Source: Chiloscyllium plagiosum
Lineage: Eukaryota
DNA length: 64,000 nucleotides
Assembly: GCF_004010195.1 (NCBI RefSeq)
Contig: NC_057739.1
Location: 7,297,992-7,361,991, forward strand
Reading direction: 5' to 3'
The translations under genes and the position numbers were made by a program. The notes below the pieces were generated by a model. It was not told the DNA's origin. It was given only the letters and a program-made list of their open reading frames with translations, and did not search any database. Each line of letters opens with the position of its first letter. Position 1 is the stretch's first letter. Positions 63,291-64,000 of this stretch are shown piece after piece.

Positions 63291-64000
63291 TTTTCACTTC
63301 TAGTTTTCTCTCTCTGTGCTAGTCACTCACTGCATCTGCTTCATTCTCCTTTCTGATGGATGGCACTGTGCCACATAAGGAGATATTAGGGCAAGAGTCC
63401 AAAAGGGATAAGTTTTAAGAAATGCATCTTTATTGTTTGAGGGCTGTGGACACTGCTAGCAAAGCCAATATTTATTGTGGTGTTCCTAAGCATTTGTAAT
63501 AAGGTGAAGGATCTTCCTGCAGGTACACCCTCGAAGCTGTTATTGAGTTTGTTTTAGGATTTTGATCGAGCAACAGCGAAGGAATGGTGGTATAGTTTCA
63601 ATTCGGGATGGTGAGCAACTTTGAGGGGAACTTTGAGGCAGGTCTGACAAGGAACTGCTTGGTAGAGATTCCTCCAGAAGTTTGTTACTGTGTCATTGGA
63701 GTGCCTTAACCAGAACTGCGCACACCGTATTTCAGACACCATCTTAAACCTACAACCTTTAACCTTTTTAAACATCAATCGTAATCAGTTGGCAACAATA
63801 CCTGGGCATGTCACCAGTCTCCCTTTAAAAGTTCTAATTGCAAGTAAACAACAAGCTAATGTCAGTTCCAAGGGAAATAGGGTTACTATAACAATTAACA
63901 GAAGTCATTATAAGGAATACACTTTATTTCATGACTTGGAAATTAGATAACAAGTAGTGACCCCTTAGCAGCTGTCCAGGGTGTTGGTGAGACCACATAC

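Overview
This is eukaryotic, repeat-dense DNA from a cartilaginous fish, most likely a shark (inferred from many HE1-type V-SINEs and their partner CR1 LINEs). The window lies inside a large + strand gene of the neuropathy-target-esterase family (PNPLA6, less likely PNPLA7). Three coding exons are visible at 28225-28338, 40154-40229 and 42200-42355; they splice in frame and encode the end of cNMP-binding domain 3 plus the linker towards the patatin domain. The rest is intron: degenerate CR1 LINEs, HE1 and Deu-type SINEs, short tRNA-derived repeats, Penelope-like elements (PLEs), minisatellites and three N gaps. The most notable hidden signal is a set of minimal hammerhead-ribozyme motifs from at least three sequence families. 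They sit in PLE termini and in 90-250 bp TSD-flanked mini-elements, several built as palindromic head-to-head dimers, and most are inactivated by CpG-type decay at the catalytic core. Other observations are a candidate alternative first or cassette exon at 17920-18000 in frame with the gene, a Ser in place of the conserved Arg of the cNMP cassette, an 843-bp tandem duplication carrying a 32-bp GC-rich VNTR, a perfect 75-bp templated copy, and an inverted CR1. All repeat boundaries are approximate and family names come from recognition, not database searches.
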